Shown one piece after another: positions 1 to 11,383 of a DNA stretch of 64,000 nt. The notes under the pieces are model-generated. The model saw only the letters and a program-made list of their open reading frames with translations, did not search any database and was not told where the DNA came from. The DNA comes from Bacteriovoracia bacterium. GTDB taxonomy: Bacteria > Bdellovibrionota > UBA1018 > JBFWNL01. Position 1 is the first letter of the stretch. The number at the start of each line of letters is the position of its first letter. The stretch is taken from the NCBI GenBank assembly GCA_050251055.1, contig JBFWNL010000007.1, positions 161,612 to 225,611 on the forward strand, written 5' to 3'. A program made the translations under genes and the position numbers.

Positions 1-1
1 G

Positions 2-514
2 GCGGGCCTTCCAAACGGCTTTGAGGCTGAGCTTTGGACGCTTCCCGTTTCGCGCCCTTACAATCCCAACGGTAAAAAGATGGGTGAGATGATGCAGGCG
101 GACCTCGCTAAGGTCGGCATTAAAGTCAAGCTCGTCACCTACGACTGGCCGACCTACCTCAAGAAGACGAAGGAAGGCGACCACCAGATCGTGCAGATGG
201 GCTGGACCGGCGATAACGGCGATCCGGACAACTTCATGAACGTGCTCCTGGGCTGCGCTTCCGTGAAAGCGGGAAGTAACCTCGCGCGCTGGTGTGACAA
301 GGATTTCAACGAGCTTGTGCAGAAGGCGAAAATGACGCCCGATAAGGCCAAGCGTACGAAGTTTTACAAACAGGCGCAGGAAGAGTTCAAGAAGGCCGCC
401 CCCTGGGTGACGCTCGCGCACTCGGTGGTTTATCGCGCCATGGGCAAGAACGTGCACGGGTTCAAGATCAATCCGTTCGGCACGGACCAGTTCCACGAAG
501 TCGAGCTAAAGTAG
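2..514 (+). CDS. dppA: Dipeptide ABC transporter substrate-binding protein, C-terminal part (5'-truncated by window)
   Basis: Frame is open from base 2: AGLPNGFEAELWTLPVSRPYNPNG..GWTGDNGDPDNF, typical DppA motifs; directly upstream of dppBCDF. Confidence 0.92.
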   Translation, partial: AGLPNGFEAELWTLPVSRPYNPNGKKMGEMMQADLAKVGIKVKLVTYDWPTYLKKTKEGDHQIVQMGWTGDNGDPDNFMNVLLGCASVKAGSNLARWCDKDFNELVQKAKMTPDKAKRTKFYKQAQEEFKKAAPWVTLAHSVVYRAMGKNVHGFKINPFGTDQFHEVELK

Positions 515-528
515 CCGTACGGGTATAA

Positions 529-1542
529 ATGATCGCCTACGTGCTCAAGCGGCTATCGGTGCTGGTGCCGACCTTTTTCGGGGTCACGATCCTCGCGTTC
601 GCGTTGATCCGACTGGTGCCGGGAGATCCCGTGTTGCTGATGCTCGGCGAGCGCGGGGTGCAGCCGGAAGTCTACGCCGAGATGCGCGCGGAGCTCGGGC
701 TGGATAAGCCCATGCTGACTCAATACTTTAAGTTCGTCGGCGGGGTTTTTCAGGGCGACTTAGGCACTTCGGTCGTTTCCAAGCGGCCCGTGGTCGAGGA
801 GTTTTGGACGCGCTTTCCGGCGACGCTGGAGCTCGGTGTGGTGGCGCTCTTTTTTGCCGTCCTCATCGGGGTCCCCTGCGGAATCGTGGCGGCGGTAAAG
901 CGCAATTCCTGGTTTGACTACACGCTCATCGGCGCTTCGCTCGTGGGGTACTCCATGCCGATCTTTTGGTGGGGGTTGATTTTGATCCTCATTTTTTCCG
1001 TGTACTTGGGATGGACGCCCGTCTCCGGTCGGCTCGCGGTAGAGTTCGACGTGCCCCTCCGTACGGGGTTTATGCTCGTTGATTCGCTCCTGAGTGAATA
1101 CCGCTGGTCTGCGTTTTGGAGTGCGCTTAAGCATTTGATCCTGCCGGCCGCTGCTCTGGGCACGATTCCGCTAGCGGTCATCTCGCGCATTACGCGTTCG
1201 AGCCTGCTGGAGGTGATCGGCGAGGATTACATCCGTACCGCCAAGGCGAAAGGCCTCACGCATTTTCGCGTCATCTGCGTGCACGCGCTGCGGAACGCAC
1301 TGATCCCGGTGATTACGGTGGTCGGCTTGCTTTTTGGCACGATCATCACGGGCGCGATTCTGACCGAGACGATCTTTTCCTGGCCGGGCATCGGCAAGTG
1401 GCTGGTGAGGAGCGTGACCTCGCGCGACTACCCGGTAATCCAAGGCGGGATCCTCTTCATCGCGACGATGATTATCGCCATCAATATGTTCGTTGACCTA
1501 CTCTATGCGTGGGTGAACCCGCGCATTCGGGAGCTAAAATGA
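529..1542 (+). CDS. dppB: Dipeptide ABC transporter permease
   Basis: PGDP, FPATLEL, EDYIRTAKAKGL (EAA loop), RDYPVIQG motifs. Confidence 0.93.
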   Translation: MIAYVLKRLSVLVPTFFGVTILAFALIRLVPGDPVLLMLGERGVQPEVYAEMRAELGLDKPMLTQYFKFVGGVFQGDLGTSVVSKRPVVEEFWTRFPATLELGVVALFFAVLIGVPCGIVAAVKRNSWFDYTLIGASLVGYSMPIFWWGLILILIFSVYLGWTPVSGRLAVEFDVPLRTGFMLVDSLLSEYRWSAFWSALKHLILPAAALGTIPLAVISRITRSSLLEVIGEDYIRTAKAKGLTHFRVICVHALRNALIPVITVVGLLFGTIITGAILTETIFSWPGIGKWLVRSVTSRDYPVIQGGILFIATMIIAINMFVDLLYAWVNPRIRELK

Positions 1543-2471
1543 GCGGCGCGGCGGCAACCCCCAATCGGATAGAGGACGCCACCGTGGCCCAGCCGGGTTT
1601 TTGGCTCCAGGCCTTGAGTGGGCTCCGCGAGTTCTGGTATTTTTTCCGGCAAAACCGTGGCGCGGTGATCGGGCTCGTGCTGATCGTCTGTTTCGTCGGG
1701 TTGGCGATCCTGGCCCCGCTGCTCGCGCCGGCGGATCCCGCGGAAATTTTCGCGGGTAAGTTGCGGCTCGCGCCGGTCTGGGGAGAGGGCGGGAGCTGGG
1801 AGCATCCGCTCGGAACCGACGATGTCGGTCGCGATCAGCTGAGCCGCTTGCTCTACGGCGCGCGCGTTTCGCTCGGCGTGGGGTTTCTCGTCGTGTGCAT
1901 CTCGATGAGCGTCGGCACTTTGATTGGCCTGATTTCCGGCTACTTTGGGGGCTGGTTCGATCGGTTCGCCATGCGCGGAGTGGATATTTTGATGTCCTTG
2001 CCCAGCATCTTGCTGGCCATCGTGGTGGTTTCCATTCTGGGCCCAAGTCTTCTCAACGCCATTCTCGCGGTGAGTATCGTGACCATTCCAACCTTCATCC
2101 GCCAAGTGCGTGCATCGGTGCTAGCCGAAAAGCCGCGCCAGTATGTGACCGCCTCGCGTAGTTTCGGCGCTGGCCACTTTCGCCAGATTTTCTTTAACAT
2201 TCTTCCAAACTGCATGGCCCCGCTGATCGTGCAAGCGACGCTGGGATTCAGTGATGGCATTCTCAATGCCGCGGCGCTAGGTTTTCTAGGATTGGGCGCG
2301 CAACCCCCGACGGCGGAGTGGGGGACGATGCTCGCCGATTCGCGCGCGTTCATCGAGAGCGCGCCATCGCTCGTGACGTTGCCGGGCGTTTGCATATTGA
2401 CGACCGTACTGGGTTTTAATCTTTTCGGCGACGGACTGCGCGACGCGTTTGATCCACGATTGAGGAAGTGA
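1539..2471 (+). CDS. dppC: Dipeptide ABC transporter permease
   Basis: HPLGTDDVGRD, ILPN, LGFLGLGAQPPTAEWG, GDGLRDAFDP; ATGA overlap with dppB stop. Confidence 0.93.
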   Translation: MSGAAATPNRIEDATVAQPGFWLQALSGLREFWYFFRQNRGAVIGLVLIVCFVGLAILAPLLAPADPAEIFAGKLRLAPVWGEGGSWEHPLGTDDVGRDQLSRLLYGARVSLGVGFLVVCISMSVGTLIGLISGYFGGWFDRFAMRGVDILMSLPSILLAIVVVSILGPSLLNAILAVSIVTIPTFIRQVRASVLAEKPRQYVTASRSFGAGHFRQIFFNILPNCMAPLIVQATLGFSDGILNAAALGFLGLGAQPPTAEWGTMLADSRAFIESAPSLVTLPGVCILTTVLGFNLFGDGLRDAFDPRLRK

Positions 2472-2472
2472 C

Positions 2473-3473
<1,001 letters not shown>

Positions 3474-3477
<4 letters not shown>

Positions 3478-4445
3478 GCGAGGCCACTTCTATGCCGAGC
3501 CGGCCATTGTTGGAAGCGACCGGCCTGCAGAAGCATTATCCGGTAAAAAAGTTCCTCAAAACGGTGGGCACCGTGAAGGCCTTGAGCGGCGTTTCGTTCT
3601 CCGTGGGGGAGCGAGAAACCTTGGCGGTCGTCGGGGAATCCGGCTGTGGAAAAACCACGCTCGCTAAGTTGTTGATGCGCATTGAAGCAGCCACGGCCGG
3701 GGAGGTGAAGATCGCCGGCCGGGACGTGAACGCGCTCTCGCCGACCGATTTCCGCAAACAAATTCAGATGATTTTCCAGGACCCCTATAGCTCGATTAAT
3801 CCGCGTAAGCGGGCCTGGCAGATCATCTCGGAGCCACTGCGCATCAATACCCGCGCGACCCGCGCCGAGTGCCGGGCGGCCGCGATCGAGGCGATGCTGA
3901 AGGTGGGCCTACGCCCCGAGTACGCGGATCGTTATCCGCACATGTTCAGCGGGGGCCAGCGTCAGCGCATCGGCATCGCCCGCGCGCTGATTCTGCGCCC
4001 GAGGATCATCATCTGCGACGAGCCCGTTTCGGCGCTCGACGTGTCGATTCAGGCGCAGGTTTTGAACCTGTTGATCGAGCTGCAACGGGAGATGGGGCTA
4101 AGCTACATTTTTATTTCCCACGATCTCTCCGTGGTCCGGCATATCGCGGATCAGGTGATGGTGGTGTACCTGGGCAAAGTCGTGGAGTTCGGGCGCAAGC
4201 GCGACGTCTTCGGCCAGCCGAAGCACCCGTACACGCAGATCTTGTTGGGGAGCGCGGCGAAAATCGGGGAGAAAATCGATTTGCAAAAGACGCTGGCGCG
4301 CGGCGAGCTGCCTTCGCCCATGAATCCGCCCCCGGGGTGCGCGTTTCACAAGCGCTGCCCGAAGGCGACCGAGCTTTGCGCGCGCGAAGTACCGGCGCTG
4401 CGCGAGCTACGGGGCGTGCAGGTTGCGTGTCACTTTGCCGAATAG
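3474..4445 (+). CDS. dppF: Dipeptide ABC transporter ATP-binding protein
   Basis: GESGCGKT, YPHMFSGGQRQR, DEPVSALD, PPPGCAFHKRC. Confidence 0.93.
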
Positions 4446-4457
4446 GACCGTGTTTGC

Positions 4458-6221
4458 TTAGCGATAGCTAACGCCGATAACTTCGGAGCAGCCCCCTGTT
4501 GATTCTAGAATGACGCTACGGCGGCATTCCGGAGAGTGGGCAAGGAACCGAGTGTTTTCGAAAACTACATTCTCCGCCGTGAACGCGAACTGAGGGTCAC
4601 CGCGATAGTCGCGAAACAGCAGCGGTCCTGTACCGATTATGCTATTCTTCATGTATAGGTGTCTTGTAGTTCCGATAAACTGAGAGTTCGATCCATGGAT
4701 GACCGAATCGATTACCGCCATGCCTTCGAGAACATAGCCTGCCTGGCCGCAAAGTAGCCCGAGAGTCCCACTCATTGGGGGCGTCGTCAGTCCATATAGA
4801 ATGATATTGTATTGGTCGACATTGGTGCCGGTCATGTATACGTCTGGGTGTAGGGTGCTGTCCCGCGCGTCGATTCCCCAGGCATGTGAATTGATTACGG
4901 CGCCTGACAGGCTGAAAGGTTGTTGACCTAGGTTAAAAGCCACGACCCCGCGAACCAGTTCCGATCCTTTCGGGCCATCAACGCTGTCATGATAGATAGA
5001 ATTGATTACATATACGAAACCGAAACCGCCATGCCAGCCTAAGCCTGCCGAGTGGGTTGGGTCGGTGCCAGCGAATTCTACATCCTCTATCCATAGGTGG
5101 CCGTTGTCTATATTCGTGTTGATGGCGCCACCAGTCGTTACTTTCAGCCTTTGTAGTCGTATCTTCTGTGCACTGAGCCCCCAGGTGGAACCGCCCACAA
5201 TACGTACGTCTGAATGCGGTACGCCGGGCGCGGCGCTTATAGTGAGATAACGGTCTCGCGTTTCGTTCGCGTAGCTAATGGGGTCGTTAAATAGATAGTC
5301 TCCTTTTTCTAAGTAGACAGTGCCTCCATCGAGTCGGCCACCATTGTTGGATTTGATGGCCTGGAGGGCGCTAAAAATTTCACGAAAAGGCCGTGCGCGC
5401 GTCCCGTCACCGCCCGGTGTGCCGTTTGGTGAAACATACGCCACAGGACGAGGAGCATCTCCGCGGTTCACATATACGAACGACGAACCTACTTCAGGTT
5501 CGCTTACAATGTCACGTACTGGATATGATCGGGATTTGATCCCTCCTAGAACCCGGGGAATACCGGCGCCTTTCGGGTAGGCGACAGCTCGAAGTTCACT
5601 CAGCCGGTTCGTGGAATATCGGGTAGGGTCTAGCCGAACGAAGTACTCCACGACGCCCGACTCGGGATTTAAAGCGGATTTTCGGACCGTCGCTACCGGC
5701 CCGGAGTCGGCGCTGAACTCGACCCGATCGATGCCGTTAACGTGGAAAGCGACCACGCCGATCAACCCCGGAGCTGGCCCTACGTCGCGGTATGAAACTG
5801 TATCCCAGCGCGCAATCACCTTGGCCGAATGTCCGGGCTGTCCGGGTTGGCCAATTGGCATCGGTTCCCAGTGCTCGCCGGCGGGAAATCCTTGGCCTGG
5901 ATGCAAAGTCGGCGTTGAATCCTCGCACGCCGTTAGTTCGGCCAGGTTATAGGCGATTAGAAAAGCGAGATAGTCCTGGGAGTCGCAACGGTCGTCACTG
6001 TTCAGATCGCAGTTCCCCGCGGCGTAACGATTTAGGAACTCCTGGTAGTCGGCGTTGGAGACTTCACCGTCTGCGTCTAGGTCAGGACAGATTGCTTGCG
6101 GCGCGGTAATCTTGGAATGGCGAGTCTCGACATGGTTTCCCAGATCCAAGCAAGCGGTGAGGTAGAGGAGGCCGCAAACTTGACATAGTCCTCGGATCGT
6201 TCTGTTCGTCAATCGCATCAT
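4458..6221 (-). CDS. Secreted/lipoprotein with tandem dockerin-like EF-hand repeat, Ig-like region and right-handed beta-helix (pectin lyase-like) domain
   Basis: LTAC lipobox-like; CPDLDADGEVSNADY..CDLNSDDRCDSQDY; YVSPNG..GDGTRARPF..I..A and GGTVYLEKGDY beta-helix start motifs; RBS GAGGAAGG. Confidence 0.6.
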   Translation of the reverse strand: MMRLTNRTIRGLCQVCGLLYLTACLDLGNHVETRHSKITAPQAICPDLDADGEVSNADYQEFLNRYAAGNCDLNSDDRCDSQDYLAFLIAYNLAELTACEDSTPTLHPGQGFPAGEHWEPMPIGQPGQPGHSAKVIARWDTVSYRDVGPAPGLIGVVAFHVNGIDRVEFSADSGPVATVRKSALNPESGVVEYFVRLDPTRYSTNRLSELRAVAYPKGAGIPRVLGGIKSRSYPVRDIVSEPEVGSSFVYVNRGDAPRPVAYVSPNGTPGGDGTRARPFREIFSALQAIKSNNGGRLDGGTVYLEKGDYLFNDPISYANETRDRYLTISAAPGVPHSDVRIVGGSTWGLSAQKIRLQRLKVTTGGAINTNIDNGHLWIEDVEFAGTDPTHSAGLGWHGGFGFVYVINSIYHDSVDGPKGSELVRGVVAFNLGQQPFSLSGAVINSHAWGIDARDSTLHPDVYMTGTNVDQYNIILYGLTTPPMSGTLGLLCGQAGYVLEGMAVIDSVIHGSNSQFIGTTRHLYMKNSIIGTGPLLFRDYRGDPQFAFTAENVVFENTRFLAHSPECRRSVILESTGGCSEVIGVSYR

Positions 6222-6234
6222 CTTGAATCCTTCC

Positions 6235-8463
6235 TCAAGGGGCAAACTGCAAGCATTGAACATCGCACTCGATAGCGGTGGCCTCGTGCCGGAAAAATAG
6301 GACTAGCCAACGGTCAGACACCGGATCGTAGTTCACGTGGCAACCGGCGCCTTGCCCTTTATGTGAATCGTTGGCTGCTCCGGGGCAGCGATTCACAGTA
6401 ACGTAGGGGTTTTCCGAGCAATCGCGTCCCAGCGACCGCCCAAGAGGTTCCCACTTAGAGCCTGGATCATTGTCGTAAACTCGGTATGAGTCAGGAAAGT
6501 ATGATTGGGCTTGATACTTAATGGCGCAAAATGCCGGTTTGAAGGTGGACGGCGGTGGCGTGCCCACTGGGGTGTTTAGGATCATATTTGTGTTTGAATC
6601 AAGTACGATCATGTGCACCTCGTAGTCACGCGATGTGTATTCACCAAGCTGGTTGGTGGGCGGGACCGAAGGAGTCATACAATTTGGCGCTGGCGCGAAT
6701 GTACCCTCGATCTTGGTGTTACCCAACTTGATCTGGTTTGCGGCACAATGTGCTAGGCTCGCTTCAAAACGGACGGCATTCACCCATAGCCATGGGCGTG
6801 ACCATTTGGCGTCACCTTGGGAGGATGATGCCACCATGACGGATCCCGGGGTGGGGGCTGAACTGGGATCTGTAGTCGTTTCGTAGCGCAGCTGTTGTTT
6901 GAGGACTAGCCTCTCCTGCACTGTTACGTTGCCCCGAAAGTTAACTGCACCGAAGAATTCGGATGTCGCGCCGGCGCCTACGTTCAGCGAATGCGAGAAC
7001 GATCCAGCTCCGGCCGCTACGTCCAACGGGGATGCGCTCCCGCGGTTCCAGAGGCTGACTGTCCGTACGGCGGGGTTGGTAGAGCCAAACTCGATATCGC
7101 CACTCGTGTCCCCACCTATGTAGATTTTTGCCTTTTGACCTGAGTCGCTGATCACGCGGTTAGCGCCGATCAGCAGTTCGCCCTCGTGCAGGATCATGTC
7201 CCCGCGCCGGATGTCCATGTTGCCTTGTCGCAGATCCAGGTTGCCCGCGTCGTCGAGCACCATGCGATCAATTGGCGACTTGTTTTTGCCTAGAAAAGTG
7301 AAGCGGAGGTCGCTTTTCCCAACTTCGCTACCCCAGCTAATGACGGCGTCGCGGGTCGTTGGGTTTCCTGAGGAGTTATAGTATTCTCGAACCCCAAGCA
7401 GCGCCAGTGTTTCTCCCCATGCCAAACTAAGTCCACGAAAGCCATCGAGGTCGTTGCCGGTTGAACCCGCTGCCCGAGTATCGCTTCGGACAGTATTCTG
7501 CATGTCGAGCGAAATGGTGCCTGCGTCAGGCCCCCCCAAACCTTGGCGCCATGGGCCTTCCGTTACGAGACCGCCCACGTCAGTCTCGCCTAAGAGGACA
7601 TCTCGTGCTGTGAAATTGGAAGCCACCGGTAATTTCAAAAGCAGGCAGGGTGGATTTCGTGTCCCATCATAAGTTCCGCCTAAAACCTCACATGAATCTC
7701 GCACGTCGACCGTTGGGGCTTGCGCCCCGGCGGAGTAACACTCGGTGATGGGCTGGGCGCCTGTGCCTGGTATCGTTAGTATCGTGAGCCCAACACGGTG
7801 AAGTAATTGGTAAGCGCCTTGCGCTTGGCGATTGGTGCCTTTCTGTGGATCTTCGTAGGTCACGAGGAGTTCCGCGAATGTGCGATTGCGGGTTTGGCCG
7901 TCGACAGTGACTTGAGTTTTGCCGGCAAGATTCACGAAGTTCATATCCTTGAACAAGAGGCCGCCGGACTGCTTGCCAATCCGGACGATCTCGTCCGGTT
8001 CTTTGCCGGGGCCCTGGTCCACTACTACGCGGCGAAGGTTACCCGATGACGGTTGTGGAGCTCCGATAGGAGCGTCTGCATCCAAGCGGGCTGCCGAGTC
8101 ACTTCCTGGATCCGTACGGCCAGAATTCGTTCTCTGTAGTGCCAATGCGCAGCGGCCAGGGTCGCCCAGGACTTGACGAATCAGCATTGTGGTTGCCTGC
8201 GCATCTTGCTTGAATTGAGCTCCCCGCATTCCCTGGTTGAGATAGTTCACGGTGGAGGCTACGGCCAAGCTGAGCATTCCAGCCAGTCCAATGGCGAGCA
8301 GCACTTCGATTAGGCTCAGGCCTGAGTTTTGGGGCGGGTTCTGCGCCGGTTCGGTGTATCTTGGGGCCATGGAGCGAGTGGGCAACTCGCTCTTTCCAAT
8401 CGGCGCAGAACCCGTTCTCTTTCGAGAAATTTCTTTCCAGTCTGGTAACCCCATCTCGTTCAA
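6235..8463 (-). CDS. Large prepilin-type N-methylation domain protein with fibre-like repeats and Cys-rich tip
   Basis: SG|LSLIEVLLAIGLAGMLSLAV type III signal (Glu at +5); Gly-rich beta repeats; Cys-rich C-terminus; exact start uncertain. Confidence 0.7.
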   Translation of the reverse strand: MNEMGLPDWKEISRKRTGSAPIGKSELPTRSMAPRYTEPAQNPPQNSGLSLIEVLLAIGLAGMLSLAVASTVNYLNQGMRGAQFKQDAQATTMLIRQVLGDPGRCALALQRTNSGRTDPGSDSAARLDADAPIGAPQPSSGNLRRVVVDQGPGKEPDEIVRIGKQSGGLLFKDMNFVNLAGKTQVTVDGQTRNRTFAELLVTYEDPQKGTNRQAQGAYQLLHRVGLTILTIPGTGAQPITECYSAGAQAPTVDVRDSCEVLGGTYDGTRNPPCLLLKLPVASNFTARDVLLGETDVGGLVTEGPWRQGLGGPDAGTISLDMQNTVRSDTRAAGSTGNDLDGFRGLSLAWGETLALLGVREYYNSSGNPTTRDAVISWGSEVGKSDLRFTFLGKNKSPIDRMVLDDAGNLDLRQGNMDIRRGDMILHEGELLIGANRVISDSGQKAKIYIGGDTSGDIEFGSTNPAVRTVSLWNRGSASPLDVAAGAGSFSHSLNVGAGATSEFFGAVNFRGNVTVQERLVLKQQLRYETTTDPSSAPTPGSVMVASSSQGDAKWSRPWLWVNAVRFEASLAHCAANQIKLGNTKIEGTFAPAPNCMTPSVPPTNQLGEYTSRDYEVHMIVLDSNTNMILNTPVGTPPPSTFKPAFCAIKYQAQSYFPDSYRVYDNDPGSKWEPLGRSLGRDCSENPYVTVNRCPGAANDSHKGQGAGCHVNYDPVSDRWLVLFFRHEATAIECDVQCLQFAP

Positions 8464-8817
8464 TTCCCCTCGTCTTGAATGAGATAAGATTATGACGCAT
8501 TGAGTTGTTAATCAACAAAAATGTTTTTAAATAGTAAAAACTTTAAATAAAAATTATACAAAAAATATTTTAAATCAAATAGTTAAGTTTATAAAAATTT
8601 TATATTTATATTTATGCTGTAAAATTGTAAAATAAATCAAAAATTAGCACAGATGAGCAGATTGGGCGTATTTTTACTTATCAAATGGTAAAAAAGATAA
8701 AAATATATATAACTATTTAATATTATTTAATTATTTATAAAATTTTTTTCTATTTTAAATACATAATTGAATAATTGAGGCAATGCGTTATAATTTAAGA
8801 AGTCACTAAATAGATCG
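8464..8817. promoter_or_regulatory. Very AT-rich divergent promoter region with IHF-like site (AATCAAATAGTTA, 8573-8585)
   Basis: Almost G/C-free stretch between divergent genes; match to WATCAANNNNTTR. Confidence 0.5.
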
Positions 8818-9708
8818 TTGCTTCGTGTGGGGTTTGAAGAATTGAATCTCTTGAATAAAAGCAAGCGCAGCCCGGACCTCTATACCTTTTTGGATTATAG
8901 GAAGTATCTGCGGGACTGGGTGGTGAGCGAAAAGAAGCACCGAGGGAGCTACTCTCTGCACCAGCTTTCGCGGGAGGCCGGGCTGTCGGTCGCGCACTTG
9001 CCTCTGATCTTGGATCATGAACGAACTATGACGGCCGAGGTCCAGGCCCGATTGGCGCCTGTCCTTGGGCTTGAAGGGGAGTCGCTGGAGTATTTCGGGA
9101 CTTTGCGTGCGCTGAATGACAGTCCCGATTTCGAAGTGAGGCTGCGAGCTCTGCGCCAGGCTCAGAAGGCTAGAAAATTTCGCAAAAATAACCCAAGAGA
9201 AGTGGAGGCTTATCGTTACCTCACCCGTTGGTACAATGTGGCCATTCGAGAAATGGCGGCATTACCTGGATTTCGACTGGAATGGAGCTGGATTCAAAAG
9301 CATTTGCGCAAACTAGTTCCCCGACGGGAGATCGAAGCGGCTCTTCGCTTTCTTCAGCGTAATGGTTTTATCGCATTCAGCGAAGCCGAAAACCGAGCCT
9401 GGCTTCCGGAAAAAAAGGTGGACTGCGATGGCGGAGTCTACCGACTGACGATGGGGAAATTTCATGAGCAGATGTTGGCCCTTGCCGCTGACTCCATACA
9501 TACCGTCGAGCGCGACGAGCGACGGATCCAGTCGTACACACTTGCCATCCATCACGAAAGTTTCGTGAAGATACAGGCAATAATTGATCGCGCCTACCAA
9601 GAGATCGCGATGGTTTCTAAACAGCAGGAATCGGAGAAGCTCGATACCGTATATCATGTGTTTTTTGGAGCTTTTCCACTCACGAAGAAGCAAGGAGGTA
9701 CTCTGTGA
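8818..9708 (+). CDS. TIGR02147/DUF4423 family HTH protein
   Basis: DYRKYLRD, YSLHQLSREAGLS HTH, WYNVAIRE, FHEQML, VYHVFFGAFPLT. Confidence 0.85.
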   Translation: MLRVGFEELNLLNKSKRSPDLYTFLDYRKYLRDWVVSEKKHRGSYSLHQLSREAGLSVAHLPLILDHERTMTAEVQARLAPVLGLEGESLEYFGTLRALNDSPDFEVRLRALRQAQKARKFRKNNPREVEAYRYLTRWYNVAIREMAALPGFRLEWSWIQKHLRKLVPRREIEAALRFLQRNGFIAFSEAENRAWLPEKKVDCDGGVYRLTMGKFHEQMLALAADSIHTVERDERRIQSYTLAIHHESFVKIQAIIDRAYQEIAMVSKQQESEKLDTVYHVFFGAFPLTKKQGGTL

Positions 9709-10283
9709 AAACTCCGACCACCTGTGTCTTTATATTGGTTGGTGCTTCTCTGCTGCTTTCAGGGTGCTACGACACCCTGGTTAGGAATCCCGAACGGTCT
9801 GTGCCTTTTGAGATCGTGATCATGCCACCGGCCGAGCCCGTCACTAGAGTTTCCTTGCAAGGGTGCTTGAATCCTTCCGTGGTTTTCACGGACGATGCTG
9901 GCAATGCCTGGTTAGGCGCGTCTGAGCGCTCCCCCCAAGCTTTTGCGGTAAATTTGGCGGAACTGACTCAACCTGTTTCTTGGAGAGTCATGGCGCCCTT
10001 AGGAAGTTATCGATTGAGTTTCCAGTTTGTAGCGGGTTGCGAATTCGTAGGAGCGCTAGAGGTTGAAAATCAGTTTGGTCGCTTCGTTGCTGAGAGGACT
10101 GTTAAGGTCGCAGTGACGGAGCGAGTTTCGGTTGAAAAAGACGGAAGAGTAGCGTTGTTCGTAGATAGGGCTGTCGGCGAAGCCAGAAAGATTCAAAACG
10201 AAACTGAATTCGAAATGTGGTTGAAGTCGGTTACGCTCTCTAGCGTTCCATCGAGTTACGGGAGAGCCGGGAGTCGACCGTAG
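9705..10283 (+). CDS. Hypothetical lipoprotein
   Basis: LLSGC lipobox; GGAGG RBS; overlaps upstream stop. Confidence 0.6.
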   Translation: MKTPTTCVFILVGASLLLSGCYDTLVRNPERSVPFEIVIMPPAEPVTRVSLQGCLNPSVVFTDDAGNAWLGASERSPQAFAVNLAELTQPVSWRVMAPLGSYRLSFQFVAGCEFVGALEVENQFGRFVAERTVKVAVTERVSVEKDGRVALFVDRAVGEARKIQNETEFEMWLKSVTLSSVPSSYGRAGSRP

Positions 10284-10293
10284 AGTCCATGAT

Positions 10294-11364
10294 ATGTCAA
10301 TTTCCTATAGACCCTTTCTGGACTTCGTCCTGATTGTTTCGTGTGTTGTGTTTTTTGGATGCGGCGCACGACTTAAGCGTCCTGTTCACATCCAGTCCGT
10401 CCTTACCCTTTCTTACCCAGGAAAAGTCCGGTTTTTCACTCTGGAGGCCAATGGCGCACTTGGCAAGGAGGCAATTGTTTCTCTGGGTAATTCTGGTGAA
10501 GAAGCGACTTTGCATGATGTATCTCCGCAAGTCTTCATCGCCGTTTTCTCTGACCGTGTTGAAACCTATCGAAAAACTGCTCGATTTCTCCCTCCGTATT
10601 TTACCCGAATCGCCACATTTCCCGCAAATTGCATCAAAGGCTCTACTCACAGACGGGGGGCGGTTTTTATCTGGAATAGCGGCTGTGCTGGCGGGGCTAA
10701 CTACTTGTTGGAGGTTGACGGAAGTACGGGTGCCATCGTGGCTTATGGAAACGGGGGTGTATATACTACCGATCGATTTCTATTCAGTTATAGCGGTGGC
10801 TACCTTTTTGCGCCTAACTTTATAGCTGGAAACATCACCGCTTACCTTCACGATTCTTCGGCCCACGTCTTCTTGGGGCAGGTCTCGGGGCCGGCCTGTA
10901 ACGGTTCTTTTTGTCGAATGGCCGCAGTATTTCCGGACGAGCATGTCGTGGTGGCTAGGTCGCCGGCCGACGTGGTCGATCTGTACAGTTATGATAGCAG
11001 CGGCATTACTATCTTGAAAACCTTAGGTGCTGTTGATGGAATCTTGGACTCTCCGGAGAGACCAGTTGCGTCAGTACAGGGCGATCAGGCACTGGTGCTT
11101 TACCGCGGTATAAATGAGATGAAAATTACGTTGCTCGACGTGGGTATCGAGACGATGGGGGTTCGGGCCACATCGGATTTGGTCAACACGATTAACCATG
11201 CAGCATTTAGTCCGGACGGAAAAAATATCTACGTCGAACGCGATTCCCGAGAGTTGATTCGAATCGTCATCGATGAAACTAATCTCAGTGTTGTGGACGC
11301 TCGTTCACTGGAAGAGGCTTCCGTTCCAGCGGATATGCAAATAGTACGATTCTACCTGGATTGA
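10294..11364 (+). CDS. Putative beta-propeller (lactonase-like) lipoprotein
   Basis: FFGC lipobox-like; FSYSGGYLFAPN and AAFSPDGKNIYV blade motifs. Confidence 0.55.
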   Translation: MSISYRPFLDFVLIVSCVVFFGCGARLKRPVHIQSVLTLSYPGKVRFFTLEANGALGKEAIVSLGNSGEEATLHDVSPQVFIAVFSDRVETYRKTARFLPPYFTRIATFPANCIKGSTHRRGAVFIWNSGCAGGANYLLEVDGSTGAIVAYGNGGVYTTDRFLFSYSGGYLFAPNFIAGNITAYLHDSSAHVFLGQVSGPACNGSFCRMAAVFPDEHVVVARSPADVVDLYSYDSSGITILKTLGAVDGILDSPERPVASVQGDQALVLYRGINEMKITLLDVGIETMGVRATSDLVNTINHAAFSPDGKNIYVERDSRELIRIVIDETNLSVVDARSLEEASVPADMQIVRFYLD

Positions 11365-11383
11365 CTTTACAGCAAGGCTAGTT

